The position numbers and the translations under genes were made by a program. Shown piece by piece: positions 1 to 11,985 of a stretch of DNA of 64,000 bases. The DNA comes from Sphaerodactylus townsendi. Taxonomy: Eukaryota. How positions within the stretch are numbered: position 1 is the stretch's first letter; the number at the start of each line of letters is the position of its first letter. The stretch is taken from the NCBI RefSeq assembly GCF_021028975.2, contig NC_059438.1, positions 1,984,001-2,048,000 on the forward strand, given 5' to 3'. The notes beneath the pieces are model-generated. The model did not search any database. It worked only from the letters and a program-made list of their open reading frames with translations, and was not told where the DNA came from.

Positions 1-140
1 GTCAGTAGTATCTAGTTTGACTGGCAGCGGCTCTCTGGGGTTTCCTGTAAGTCTTTTACATCATTTGAGCCTTTAACTGGAAATGCCAGGGATTGAACCA
101 CGGAGTTAAGTCATGAAAACAGGTGTGCTATTACTGAGCT
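1..140 (-). mobile_element. tRNA-derived SINE (Squam2-like), truncated by window edge
   Basis: Reverse strand reads agctcagtaatagcacacctg...ggttcaatccctggcatttccagttaaagg...gagagccgctgccagtc: tRNA A/B-box-like head plus the body also seen at 44851-45035 and 56602-56664. Confidence 0.65.
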
Positions 141-792
141 CTGGTTTCTATTTGTAATAATATTTTCCTACACCTATTGGCACATATTCTGCCTGAATGC
201 ACAGGTGCTTATGCTGGCTAAAATATATATTTCATGCATTTGACAAAGGGAGTTATGGTTTATGCAATTACATTTACTGGTTAGAATGAGATGAACAGAT
301 CAGACTTACAGTGACATCCTAAGCAGTCAATCAATCAGTCTTTATTACAGTAATAGACCAGCATAGACCAGCATAAGGTAAATAAGATATAACTACAATC
401 TTTTTTTAACTTCTCCATTTTAGCTCCATTAAAATGGTGACTCTTCTTTTTCCAGCTAAATGAAAGTGGGGGGAAAAGCCGAAATGGCTTTTTGTTTTTT
501 TGTTATTTCCCTGTTCGGGTTTGCTTGAATGATCATCCCTAGTGGTTATCCATTCCGAACAGCAGAGAAAAGTTTAGTTCTGGCAATCTTGCTCTGGAGT
601 AACAGGATCATTTTTTAAAGGAATCCATCACCTTTCAAAGAAAATCTGTTTAGGATGGAACACATTTAGCAATTTAAATTTTTTTAGTTATGAATGATAG
701 TCATGTGTTTTATGTTTGTTTAGAAGAAATAGGGTTCCCAATAGGGTACTTGCATCTTAAGTTGAAGGCTGTTTTGATCTAACAGCTCAAAT

Positions 793-980
793 AGCCCTCA
801 ATATACTGATCTTGTCAGAACTTGGTATAAGCCACTGGTAATACTTGGATGGAAGACCACAAAAGAAAACCAAAACTGTTATGCAGACTAAGGCAATGAC
901 AAACCAGCTCTGCTCTTCTCTTGCTTTGAAAACTTATGAAGGGTCATCCTAAGTATGTTGCAACTTATTGACATTTGTGT
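793..980 (+). mobile_element. 5S rRNA-derived SINE (SINE3-type) with RTE-like 3' end
   Basis: gatcttgtcagaacttgg...taatacttggatggaagacc resembles 5S box A/C; followed by the shared body ggcaatgacaaaccagctctg...cttgctttgaaaac. Confidence 0.65.
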
Positions 981-984
981 CTGT

Positions 985-1150
985 CTGTAAAGTGCTGTCA
1001 TGTCATAGCCAACTTATGGTGACCCCAGCAAAGGAGTTTTCAAGGCAAGTGAGAAGCAAAGATGGTTTGCAAATGCCTCCATCTGCAGAATATTCCTTGT
1101 TGGTCTCCTTACCAAGTACTGACCCTGCTTAGCTTCTGAGATCTGGTGAG
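985..1150 (-). mobile_element. 5S rRNA-derived SINE, interrupted in its head by the 1151-1871 insertion (head resumes ~1872-1900)
   Basis: ggtctccttaccaagtactgaccctgcttagcttctgagatctggtgag is the reverse complement of the 5S internal promoter region (gatctcggaagctaagcagggtc...agtacttggatgggagacc); tail-to-tail with the preceding copy. Confidence 0.75.
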
Positions 1151-1871
1151 AAAAAGTGCACCCGGTTTGGACCGGGGCGCCCGTTGCGGCAGGGGAGGAT
1201 GGAGCGTCTGCCCACCTCCCCGTTCGGCCAAGAACGGAGGTCACGTGACGGTGGAACCATCACATGACAGGGGATCTAGGAGGCTATAAAAGCCTGTGCC
1301 TGGCTCAGCTCGGCCTCTTCACAAGGCCGGGGGCGAACAGACCCACCCTCCCTCCCCAGGGTTGTTAGGGGTTGTTGCATGTTTTGTTTTTACTTATTTG
1401 TCGCAGTCTGGGCGGTTTTTGGGGCATAGGGGCACATCCTTTATTGGGGAGGCAGGCTTGCCGGCCAGACCTCCCCGTGGTGGGGTCCTCAATAAGAGGT
1501 CTGGGGGTAGTGGAGGGCTTGATGGCACAGGCCTGGAGGTCATGTTTTGGGCTCGCTACCCCCGGCAGGAGGGGGTGTCACAAATGGATGTGCATCCAAG
1601 TGGCACCCAGTAACCTCCTGTCCCGGTCTCCATGGGGGACGGTGCCGGGCCAGTGGTTTGCTGCTCGAAGGGCCAGGAGGTGCCAGCTTTGGGGCTGGCC
1701 ATGGCCAGGTTCAGTGTTTTGCTGCCTGGTGGCCAGGATGTGTCCCATATGCTTGCCCAGCTTCCAACTGTTATTATTGCTGTTATTGTTACTGTTAATA
1801 AACCGGGCTGCGGCCATTTAATTTCCAAAGAAGAAATATTTCTCTGTGGTTATTGGGTAAAGTGCACGCAA
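1151..1871 (+). mobile_element. GC-rich LTR-like terminal repeat, probably from a DIRS/Ngaro-type (tyrosine recombinase) retrotransposon
   Basis: Sharp GC/CpG-rich insertion within a SINE; gtcacgtgac E-box (~1240), tataaaag (~1285), gacccaccctccctcccc, aataaa (~1797) then tgcggcc...ttattggg; 9-bp direct repeat aaagtgcac at 1153-1161 and 1859-1867; no TG...CA ends. Confidence 0.55.
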
Positions 1872-2983
1872 TGAGCTATGCTTTACTGTCTTCCCTCTCT
1901 AAGAACACTTATTGTTATTAATAATACATCTTATAAATCTGAAGTATGTCCACAGCAGAATTTGTAAAAAGCAAACATAAATGTGTATGTAAAGGTAGGT
2001 TTATATGTACACAATTTGCTGAAGTTTTTCACCTCTGCGGCACTGACCTATAGGAAACAGGCTTCTGAGAGAACCAAGCATGTGTGAAATAAGATGACTG
2101 TTCTGTGAACAAGTTAACAGTTTGTCTGAACCTAGAAGAAGGACAGTCATGCAAAGTGCTCCATATTTAAGACTGAAATCTAACTTATTTTACAGAAACA
2201 GTAGGAAGTGCTGAACTTCACGCATTAAAAGTTGGTCTTTAAAAAAATGCTTTGTTCAGTAGACCTCGGAAAGAGTTACATCATAAGGCTAATCATACTA
2301 AAAGGTTTTGTGCGAGACCTGAAGGGGATTCATCCCATTCAGTTAACAGACCCGTTAAGGGACTGTCGATGCTCTTCATCTCCTTGCCACCCCTTTCCTT
2401 GCAAATATGATCAAGGAAATTGAAGGGGAACACCATAAGATTTCATTAACAAAGAGACTTGGAAAATTCTCTATGGACAGTTTAGTAACTCAGCTTCTTG
2501 TTTAGTAATAAATATTGATTATTTAGCAGCCAAGCTTCCAGATGCTGAAATGACAAAAGCAGCAACAGCAGCAAATGGGCCAATTTTGAAATGTTCAGCA
2601 AAAAATAAGTCTTACCAAAAAAAATGCAGTTAACAATGAATGTGCAAATCCAATGTCTTTCAACCTGCTTTTGTGCAATCCACACTGCCTTAGAGCCATC
2701 AGTGGAGTCTTAAAGTGTACAATCTCAATTGGAAGCCATATTGTATTCCAGCTGATGTGAAGGGTAGCCATATTTGCTTCTTGTATTCACAGCAGGGAAG
2801 CAGATGGGGTGGGGCAGGTAAAACTCTCTGATGCTGAATGCGAATCAGCACATTAAAGACTGATAAATCCATTGCTGTATAAACTTTGTTCCTCACTTCT
2901 CTCCCAAAGGATCTGGGCATTAAATAAGGTAGGGGTCATGGGTCTCATAAAACAATGTTCCCTCCCTAGCCTGACAGGTGGGT

Positions 2984-3174
2984 ATGGGATGCCAGACTCC
3001 AGGTGGGACCTGGGGGTCCCCAGAATTATGGATCATCTCCAGACTACAGAGATTAGCTCCCCTGGAGTTTTTGGAGGGTGGACTCTACGATATTGTACTC
3101 TGCTTGGGTCCCTGTCATCCCCAGGCTCTATACTCAAATCTCTATCAGTTTCAAACCTAGATCTGGCAATCCTA
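2984..3174 (+). mobile_element. Non-autonomous DNA transposon with TAGGGTTGCCA-type TIRs (hAT/Tip100-like)
   Basis: Ends tgggatgcca / tggcaatccta; interior (gatcatctccagactacagagattagctcccctggag) recurs at 7816-8003 and 9876-10078. Confidence 0.6.
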
Positions 3175-5034
3175 CCCCCATCCTCCTCTAGTGGCTAGCT
3201 GAGAGGGGGAGGGAACCTGGAAATTCTACATTTGGGGAAGCTAAAATTTACACATACTCCACCATATCTCTGGCACTTTTTGTACTAGTCTAGCATGTGC
3301 CCTTGCACTACCAAGGTTAGAGAGACGTAACTGATCTCACACACCATATTTTACCAGCTCTTAGGTGCTTAGAAAAGGCAGCAGATAGACCTAACAGAGA
3401 TCAACGGGTTTCCCTAATCAAACTGTGGTGTGTTTCACCAGCGCTTTGTCTGTTGGTCATTCCTACACTTTATATGTAAACCCTGTCCTGAATCCCAAAG
3501 CTGTTTCTCACTAGCAATAACTAGATCAGTAGTCAAGGACAACACTTCCTATGGAACATCACACTCAGGGTGAGGTGAGGGGTTGAACACAATGATGTAG
3601 AAAGTTTTCTGGTGGACCACCTACTTAAACAGTACCCTATCTCCATATGACGCACTTCTGATGCAAAAGCTGAGTTGAGCAGAGAAGAAGGAATGCAATG
3701 TATCAATGAGAGTAAGCAAAGTATGGAGATGATAGACTTCCATTAGCTTATTTTTACAAAGCAATGCCTTAAATGTAAATGGGACAGATACACAATAAAA
3801 CACAGATATCATATTGGAATCAGTTCTGAACAAAACCTGGCTAACTCTGATGTTGGTGGAGTCTGACCTGAATGTACCTTAGAGGTTCGGTTCACAAGAA
3901 TAGGGTTGTTGTTGTTGTTTAGTTTTATTTTGGACTGCAGTTTTCTTCAATTTCAGAATATATAGGAGAGCAGAAAGTGGCTCCCACCACCCACCCTCTT
4001 GGAGATTTTTGCACAGTATAGAATTGTCAGAATTTTCCGCATTATCCTGTCTTACTGAAGCACTTTATATAAGAGAATTCTGTGGACCCCAAAAGAGCTG
4101 TACATTACATGTGCACCTTCCATCTGAAGAATCTTAAAAAGTGTTGATCAGTGAGATGTAACATTATAGCTGCTTGGATACAGCTTACCTATGTTAATAG
4201 CTGCCTCACCTGTGTTAATAGCTGTGGTCTCTTGTAATTGATTGGTTGTGGTCACATGGCATAGGGTACCTATTTGATTGGTTGAGTTAATGCTATTGAT
4301 TTCAGATACTGACCTCTTAAATTGCTGAAGAATTGCTATTGACAGGTTGACTAGCTTTGATTTTACTTAGGGGATAAAACCAATTCAAACTGACAAGATT
4401 CATGCAGATCTGTTATTCTGATGATCACTTGCTAACAGAAAGGACATATAAAGTCTCATTAATGTTTATGTTTATGTTAACGTTAAATTTTAATGGGAAA
4501 AAAAGCTTTTAGGAAACAGAATGTGTTTTTATGAATTATACTTCTTTGGGCTTTTTCACACATCATATAGCAGTAGTTCTCTATTCAGGCAGAGAATTAT
4601 GTACCCCTAGTCCCAATTTCCCACCCCAAGGAAATAAGGACTAGAGAATAAAGTCCTCCACATAGCAATGCTACAAGTATGTCCATAATCTCTATGGCAA
4701 AGATAATAAATACTAGGGTGAGCAGCCTGGGGCATCATCAGAAAATAACAACACATCATCATCAAGCTCTGCCATTCCCAGGCACAGCCCTCGTAATTTC
4801 CCATCATTTGCCGAGAAAACCCTATGGAAACTGTATGTGAAAGCAACTCCAGAATTTCTCACAGATGTACCCTTGTCAGAGAAATCCTCTTTGTCTTGGC
4901 TTCCTGAACCAAGTTGGTAACATTGATGCTTTATGCTTCAGATCAGAACTGGAGCCTAGTTCAGCAAATGTGTGGTCCCAATCTTTCATTTGACAAGGTA
5001 AAGAAAACTGAAGGGGAGGGCACATATTACTCTA

Positions 5035-5170
5035 GAAGCTTGTTGGTCATTTTGGGACAATCACTCTCAGACAAATCTCCTTCACAGGGTTGGTATTTTG
5101 AAGATAAAATGGAAGAGAGGAGAATGATATAGTGAGCCATTTTCAGTTGTGAAAAAAGTGGAATATAAAC
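5035..5170 (+). mobile_element. Old MIR/Squam3-like SINE fragment
   Basis: gtcattttgggacaatcactctc...cttcacagggttgg...gaagataaaatggaagagaggagaatgat resembles the CORE and 3' part of other copies. Confidence 0.5.
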
Positions 5171-6867
5171 ATCTACATAGATAATATTTGCAGAGAAGTA
5201 TCAGTGTGCAGGCTAGAGGGACACTTAGTATTTTCAAAACCAAAACAGTCCTACCTATTCAAATAATAATTTTTGAAAAAATCAATTTCTTGTATTACAA
5301 ATTATGACAGCAATTAAGCATAGCACAAATTTCAAATAAGCATGGATGAAGAAATTAGCGTACTTCTCAGGAGTCTCGGGTGGTGACAGATTAGGGTGAG
5401 GAGAATATTACAAGATTGTTCTGTGCCCAGAGAAATGATGCTTAGTCCTTGCAACATATTGCCGGGATCAGTTGTCCCCATGGGTTACTAGATTTGGATG
5501 TTTCTGTACTATATGCTATTAGATGCATGCTGACCTGGTTAGAACTTGGGTAAGAAACCATCACAGAAGTCGAGGGTTGCTATGAGGAGACCACAAGTTG
5601 GCTGTGATTTGAAGAAACAAACATTTGAAGCAGCACTGCCGTGTATTGACAACCTGTAACATTTGTTCAAGAAACTATTTCTCTTGTTAAAAAAGGAAAC
5701 CTTCAAAATTCCACGTCAAAGTTGGTTCTGCAAGTATTCTGGGAGGTTAATCTGATCCCACAGAGGACATACAGGCAAAGAGGGGCAGCCAAAGGCATGA
5801 CTGAGAAGGACAGAATACACAGTGCTTCTCTCTCTTTCTGTATGTTAATTAATATGGGAACTCATTCCTTTTTAGGAGAAATTCTCCTTAAAAAAGACTT
5901 GAATGGGAAAAAAAACAGATAGTTGCAGTGAGTCTTGCCCAGAAAACTTCCAGGAATGTCTTCCTGCCAGTCACCTTTAATAATGCCTTACACTTTCTTT
6001 GCCTGAGGAAATAGTTCACCTTGCATCATAGAAAGGGCAGCCTCGATTGGCAAAGCATATTTCAAAGGCAGATTTCGCACCTCTAATCTCTCCTTCATAA
6101 TGTCTCGCCAACGTCTGCCCCATTTGCAAATGGCGTTATCAGCCTGCAAAGCAAGCCGAAGCAATTATCCATTTGGTTTTAAGTAACGCATCCGCTGATG
6201 TATATTTGGCTTTGGATAATGAGGAATAACTGTTCAACTGGAAAGCCAAACTACCATCACTACCACCCTCTAAAAAAAAGGAACAAGGAAAAAAAAACCC
6301 AGCCAAGATTGATCACAGAGAAACTCCATAGTGGCAACTTATTCAGTTTTCAGAATAATGACAACAGCGGAAATTAATGCAGTTCTATCCTGTATTCTTT
6401 AGGTATGCTGTTGAGTTAGGAAGCAGTGTTCAAACTATCCGAAGAATACATTTGCATAGAAAAACACTTGGCCTCATGTCCCTCGAGGGAAACAATAATT
6501 AATCATTGACAAACAAATGTTAATACTGATTATACATCAGAGCGAGGTTATAATATCTTTATGTTTCAGTGATTCCAAGAGACACAGAGAGAGAGAAAGT
6601 AAAAGGAACCCTGCGACGCACAGCGAGATCCGCCACGGCAATGCCTCCGTCTGTATGGTGGCAACAGACCAGGCATCCCTTTTGCCGGCATTATCTGCAG
6701 CCAACACACATCAGTAATATCTGTAATACCAGAAGAAAGGCAATCAGCAAGATCTCCTTCTGGAAACGCAAAAGAATTAACTTGTTTGTCTAAACCCCAA
6801 GTAGCCAAGGTGACTACTTTTCTGAGGAATCAGTCTGGAGGCAAAGACTTCAGAGTACTGGGGTAGT

Positions 6868-7150
6868 AGTAGAAGAAGAATTTGGACAAATGTCCCACTT
6901 CTCTAAACCACAGAGAGTCTCAAGGTGGCATACAAACTTCTTCCCTGCCTCTCTTCACAACAGACAACTTGTGAGGTAGGTGGGGCTGAGAGAGTTCTGG
7001 GAGAACTATTACTAGCTCAGCCTCCATGTGTGGGAATGGGGAGACAAATCTAGTTCATCAGATAATCAGATAAGAGTCCACCACTCATGTGAAGGAGTGA
7101 GGAATCAAGCCCAGTTCTCCAGATTAGAGTCCACTGCTCTTAACCACTGT
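6868..7150 (-). mobile_element. Squam3-like CORE SINE (subfamily with duplicated B-box segment)
   Basis: (gaa) tail, cacaacagacaacttgtgaggtaggtggggctgagagag core, ccagattagagtccactgctcttaaccact head. Confidence 0.8.
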
Positions 7151-7154
7151 AGTA

Positions 7155-7410
7155 CATGAGTGGCAGACTCTAATATGGTGAACTGGATTTGTTTCCTCAC
7201 TTCTACACATGATGCCTGCTGGGTGACCTTGGGCTACACAGTTCTTTCAGAACTTTATTTGTCCCACCTATCTCACAGGGAGTCTGTTATGGGGAGAAAA
7301 AGGGAAGGAGATTGTAAGTCACTTTGAGACTCCTTACAAGAGAGAAAGGGGGGGGTATAAATTTAAACTCCTCCTCCTCCTCCTCCTCCTCCTCTTCTTG
7401 TTCTTCTTCT
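7155..7410 (+). mobile_element. Squam3-like CORE SINE with (CTC)n/(CTT)n tail, head-to-head with the previous copy
   Basis: gactctaatatggtgaactggatttgtttcc...ctgggtgaccttgggc...ctcacagggagtctgttatgggg...gagactccttacaagagagaaagggggggtataaat plus microsatellite tail. Confidence 0.8.
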
Positions 7411-7424
7411 CTCCTCACTGTGAG

Positions 7425-7600
7425 ATAATGGTTGGACTAGGATCTAGATTGAATTGCCCGCTATACCTGAGTGACCTTGAACCAGTCACTTTCTCTGAGC
7501 TGAGCCAAATCACAAGGTTGTTGTTACAATCAAATCAGGAAGGAAGAATCATGTATGCATCTCTAACTTCTTTGTAGGAAAAAATGTATTAGATAGGCTA
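7425..7600 (+). mobile_element. Older MIR/Squam3-like SINE
   Basis: ttggactaggatctag...gagtgaccttgaaccagtcactttctct...cacaaggttgttgtt. Confidence 0.5.
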
Positions 7601-7815
7601 CTTTTGTGACTAAGTACAGCTTATTAAACTCAATTGTTACTCCCATGAGTGACACCCTTGTCTGTATGTGTGAATTCCTTTTTTAATTAAGTGAGAGAAA
7701 GCAGAAGAACATTTCTCTGAACAGCTGAGACTAGATAAAATGTTTATTAAGTAATCCTAAGCAAAGTTGAAGCAGTACCCCATTGAAGACAACTCAATAG
7801 GGTTTTTGCCCAAAG

Positions 7816-8003
7816 TAAGGTTGCCTTCCACTACTACAGTTGATTTTCAGGTGACACTGATCAGTTCACCTGGAGAAAATGGCCCCTTTGAAAGGTGGAC
7901 TCATTATTCCCAATTGAAATCCCTCCCCTCCCCAAACTCTGCCTTTCCCAGGCTCCACCCCAGAAATATCCAGGTATTTCCCAACCCAGGTCTGGTGCCC
8001 CTA
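7816..8003 (+). mobile_element. TAGGGTTGCCA-type (hAT/Tip100-like) MITE
   Basis: aaggttgcc...gatcagttcacctggagaaaatggc...tttcccaacccaggtctggtgccccta; same family as 2984-3174. Confidence 0.55.
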
Positions 8004-9106
8004 TTATGTTCACACTGTTATTGTACAGAGAAGAGTGGATTTGGGGAAGTATGTCATGGGCAGAGGTTTCCTTCCATTCTGATAATGCAGACTACCAAGT
8101 TCCATTTGCTTTTGGATTTAGAGAAGTCCAAAATTCACCTTACATTTTACAGAAATCCTCAAGGTGGAGTGGAAGCCATACTGTAGATATGAGTCTCAGG
8201 TTGCAACTTAATTTAAAAACACCGTGGAGGCTCAATTCTGACCAGGATCTCAGCACTTTAGGAGAAGGGACTCCTGTCTTCCTCCCCATGCCATTTTCTC
8301 AAGTAGAAATGGCCCAGGAGGACTGTGTCCTTCCATAAATCTCTGTGCACCAAGTAAAGTCTTCAGGCAGCCATCTGTTGGCCATTCCACCACTTAGGGT
8401 AACTTATCCAGTCCCAATTAAAGCCTTTTCCACTATTGCTCCAGCTCTGTGAAATGGGCTCTCTGAAGAAGTTAGCTCCCTTCCCCACTTCTTAGGGATC
8501 GTCAGGAGATGATAAGAGGTCTTCAGGGTTTTTGAGGAAATGTGAACTGGCAGGCATCTTTTAGTGGCGGGGGCAGGGGGGGATTTGGGGTTTGCCATTT
8601 ACATTTTGGTTTTAGGTTAAAAATGCTTTTAACTGTTATTGTAAGTGACCTTGAACCAAGAAGAAAGGCAACATATTAATGTTCTAATAAATAAATAATT
8701 TGCCCCATTGAAGACTGATTGTGTCAGCATCACTGGTGGGTCACATTTTTACCTGAAATGGAGTCTGTCCCTTTTAAGGTGGGGAAATCAGCAAGAGCAG
8801 ACTCTTTGGCTTAGCAAAAGGTCAGGCAAGCTTGAGATCTTGGCTCTTGTCTTGGAAATTCACTGCTCCGAAGCATTAAGCCAACCTACCTAGCATTCAG
8901 ACATCAATCCTGATAATGAATTTCTATTTTTGATTGAACTGGATTATTGCTTATCCCTTAATTCCTACCATCAAGCAAACTGTTAGTCTTGTTTGCCCTG
9001 TCAATAGTAAATTGACAAGGGGAAGCAGATAATAAGAGATGGATGATCGATTAAACCTTCTGAAATAACAGTTACATTTTGTAGGGCTCCCTCGTCTCTC
9101 TTTTTC

Positions 9107-9111
<5 letters not shown>

Positions 9112-9180
<69 letters not shown>
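9112..9180. repeat. (CA)n microsatellite
   Basis: Uninterrupted CA run, ~34 units. Confidence 0.98.
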
Positions 9181-9181
<1 letters not shown>

Positions 9182-9875
9182 AAGAAGAGGAAAAAATACT
9201 TTGGCTGCTCATTAGCTTACTGGTGCATGGAATAAAAATGACTTTCCTATGTGGAAGACCTGCCCATATTATTTGCGTTGAAAGGAGGAAAAAGCAGCAA
9301 TAAAGGCTTTATCTCAGGGCTGAGACTGACTTCCATCTGTTCCTCCCCATTTTGATTATTAGGGATTTTCCAAGCAGTGGAATAGGTGGTTGTTTGTATT
9401 TTTCATGTATTGTAAGATTTATCCTTAGAATGCCAATTCCATTCGTCCCCAGCATACACTTGGTGCCACCCATTTCTAGCCCCTATGCTAGCTTGACATA
9501 TTATTAAGCCAGGTTGACGTTATTATTATGCCCATTCACTTCAGGGGATTTTGAAGATTATAATTCTATATAGGATTGCACTATAAATTAGCAGCAACAT
9601 GCTATATTGTTTGTTTTTTGTGTTTTTTTCTCCATTGTTTGCCTATTTAAAATGCATTGTTGTAAACTGTATTTTGTGTTTCACATTGATAAGCTGCTGT
9701 AGGACTCCACTGGGAAAAAATTGGGATAAAAATGCTAAAATCGATAAATACAGTTCAACATGTATGTGACATTTGGGAATAGTTTGCACTCCGTGGCTCA
9801 GTTCCAAATTGGGTTCGGCAAAGCAAACTAATCCCTATTTGAAAATGCTGATGTCCTTTGAACTCCCAGTGACAT

Positions 9876-10078
9876 TAGCATGCCCAAATCAAGGTGAATT
9901 CTCCTGGAATTACAACTGATCCCCTGACTATAGAGATCAGTTCCACTGGAGAAAATAGAGACTTCAGAAGGTGAGCACTATTACACTACACTGAGCTCCT
10001 TCCTGTTCCCAAACTCCACCCTCCGCAAGCGCCATTTTTGAATTTCCAGGAATTTCAAAGTCAATGTTGGCAACCCTG
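9876..10078 (+). mobile_element. TAGGGTTGCCA-type (hAT/Tip100-like) MITE
   Basis: ctcctggaattacaactgatc...gagatcagttccactggagaaaat... ends ttggcaaccct. Confidence 0.6.
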
Positions 10079-11049
10079 AGTGACATCAGTAGGAGTAAAA
10101 AATGGTGTACAATTTTTCCCTTTAGCCATTTTTAGAGAAGCTCCCAATCACTGTCCAACTACTTCCATTCTTTGCCTTTTATTTCCTAGCACAGGAAACA
10201 GAGAAGTCTGTCTGGAGACTCCCTCCAGCAAGGTCTCTCTGCTTGGTGCTGTGAATACTACAATAGCACCAACCCTGGCAAAGCTGTTTTTGCAGCATGC
10301 AAGCCACCAGGGAAGGAGCTTTTATCAGTTTGAATTACAGTCTAAGAGAAGAACATTTTGGGAACATATTCCGCTACAGATAGTCATAAAGATGAACACA
10401 ATCACTAGTAACATTTCTGCATTGCATATACAGGACAAGGGGGGGGCAATCCTCCAGTTTCCCCAAGAACATAGGTGGCATTTTCATAAAAGAAAGTCAT
10501 CCTCCCACCTTTGTTTTCACATCTGTATTAAAAAGGAGTTTGCAATACTGAACCATTTTGCAGTGGCTGACGAGAGAACACCGTGCGCCACAGATGGAAT
10601 GTGCACCAAGTGTTCTAAGAAGGAATACTAATGACCTCATTATGCTTCATGCATTATTTTGCAAAATAGTACCTACTGTAGCATTGAAGACTACTTAGCA
10701 AATGGGATTGTTTGAATAGTCTCTTAATAACAGGGAGAAATAACAGTCTCATCTTTCTGCTTGAAGTATTCCCTCTTTGATAAGACAGAGGGAGTCTGAG
10801 GAATTTAGACGCATTCTTCAGAGATTTATGTTTGATAGAATTCTCGTAAGCTTATCTGTTATATTTATGAAATGAGGTGTTTGGATGTCTTATCCAAGAA
10901 GCATACATTATATTTATATTTCAAGAAGGATTTCAGGTCCCTGCAGATAGTGCAAAAACTATCATTTCCATTGGTCTGGAACCAGAGGTTCATGAGTTGC
11001 CTCTAGGCTCCATTGTTGACTTTTATTTTTTGTTCCTCAAGTCACAATT

Positions 11050-11225
11050 CCACCAGGGTTTCAAGTCAAAGAAACATTCAGAGGTGGTTTGCAATTGTCT
11101 GTATCTACATAGCAACCCTGAACTTCCTTAGTGGCCTCCCATCTCAGAACTAACGAAGACCAATCCTGCTTAGCTTCCAAGATCTGACAAGTTCAGGCAA
11201 CCCTGGGCTATCCAGGTCAAGGCAC
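11050..11225 (-). mobile_element. 5S rRNA-derived SINE
   Basis: gaggtggtttgcaattg...ggcctcccatc...cctgcttagcttccaagatctgacaag...ctgggctatccaggtcaaggc. Confidence 0.7.
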
Positions 11226-11852
11226 CCTCAGTTAGCCAGTGGTAAAACCCAATCATACCACAATATTACCAGTGAAAATATTATAATTCCTAGACTAATT
11301 AGAACTTACTGAACTGTGCTATCAAAGGAAACCCATTTCCTTCGTTCCTTCCTTTCCATACACAACAAGCATTTGGTCAGATTACTACATACATACAGTC
11401 ATTTCCTCTCGGCCTAGCCAATCCTGAATATGCTATAAGGATTAAACAGAAGAGTGGAGAATAAGATATACCACCCTGAGGTCACTGTAGAAAAGGCAGG
11501 ATTAAATGTATACAGTAACAATAAGAGCTTTCTGTAAGAACACTGATGAAAATAATATAAAAACTAAGGACAGCTAACTAGCAGTAGCCAGTGGCAGCTA
11601 ATCTGAAGACCAGCTCAGCTAGCAGAGAGTACATCCACTTCATGCAGTGGCAAAGAGAGATCTGAGGGAGAGAGTGCACCCTCCTGATTGGTCATGTGGT
11701 CCTGGGTGGGAAGATCAAAAAGCCCAGACTCATGACTGAGAGTGGGGGGGAGGGGCACTCATTTTATGGCTGGACAGGTCTTTAAATTGTGGAGATCACA
11801 ACAATGAACATATATGTATGTATACCCCACCACACAATTACACTATTCTGTT

Positions 11853-11985
11853 GAGAGAAACACATGCCTCTGAAGTTGCCAGACACTGATGTAGGCGAAA
11901 CGTTAGGAGCAAAAACTACCAGACCACGGCTGGAAAATCCACAACAGCCAGTTGATTCTGGCCATGAAAGCCTTCAAAAATACAT
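11853..11985 (+). mobile_element. Penelope-like element pLTR/3' remnant containing a degenerate minimal hammerhead motif (11867-11907)
   Basis: cct-ctgaagt-tgcc...aggc-gaaac-gtt-agg...agttgattctggccatgaaagccttcaaaaatacat; homologous to copies at 34959, 42265 and 44525. Confidence 0.75.

Noticed and set aside
985-1150. 5S rRNA genes
   Set aside because: Partial, diverged 5S similarity fused to a shared non-rRNA body and tail in multiple dispersed copies: SINE heads, not rRNA genes.
3588-3665. Possible C/D-box snoRNA (atgatgt...ctga)
   Set aside because: C box mismatched, no convincing terminal stem, no recognisable rRNA antisense element.
4157-4560. LTR-like block (tgtaac start, duplicated cct(a/g)tgttaatagctg, repeated gattggttg)
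   Set aside because: No matching 3' terminus or TSD found; may be a decayed LTR but cannot be supported.
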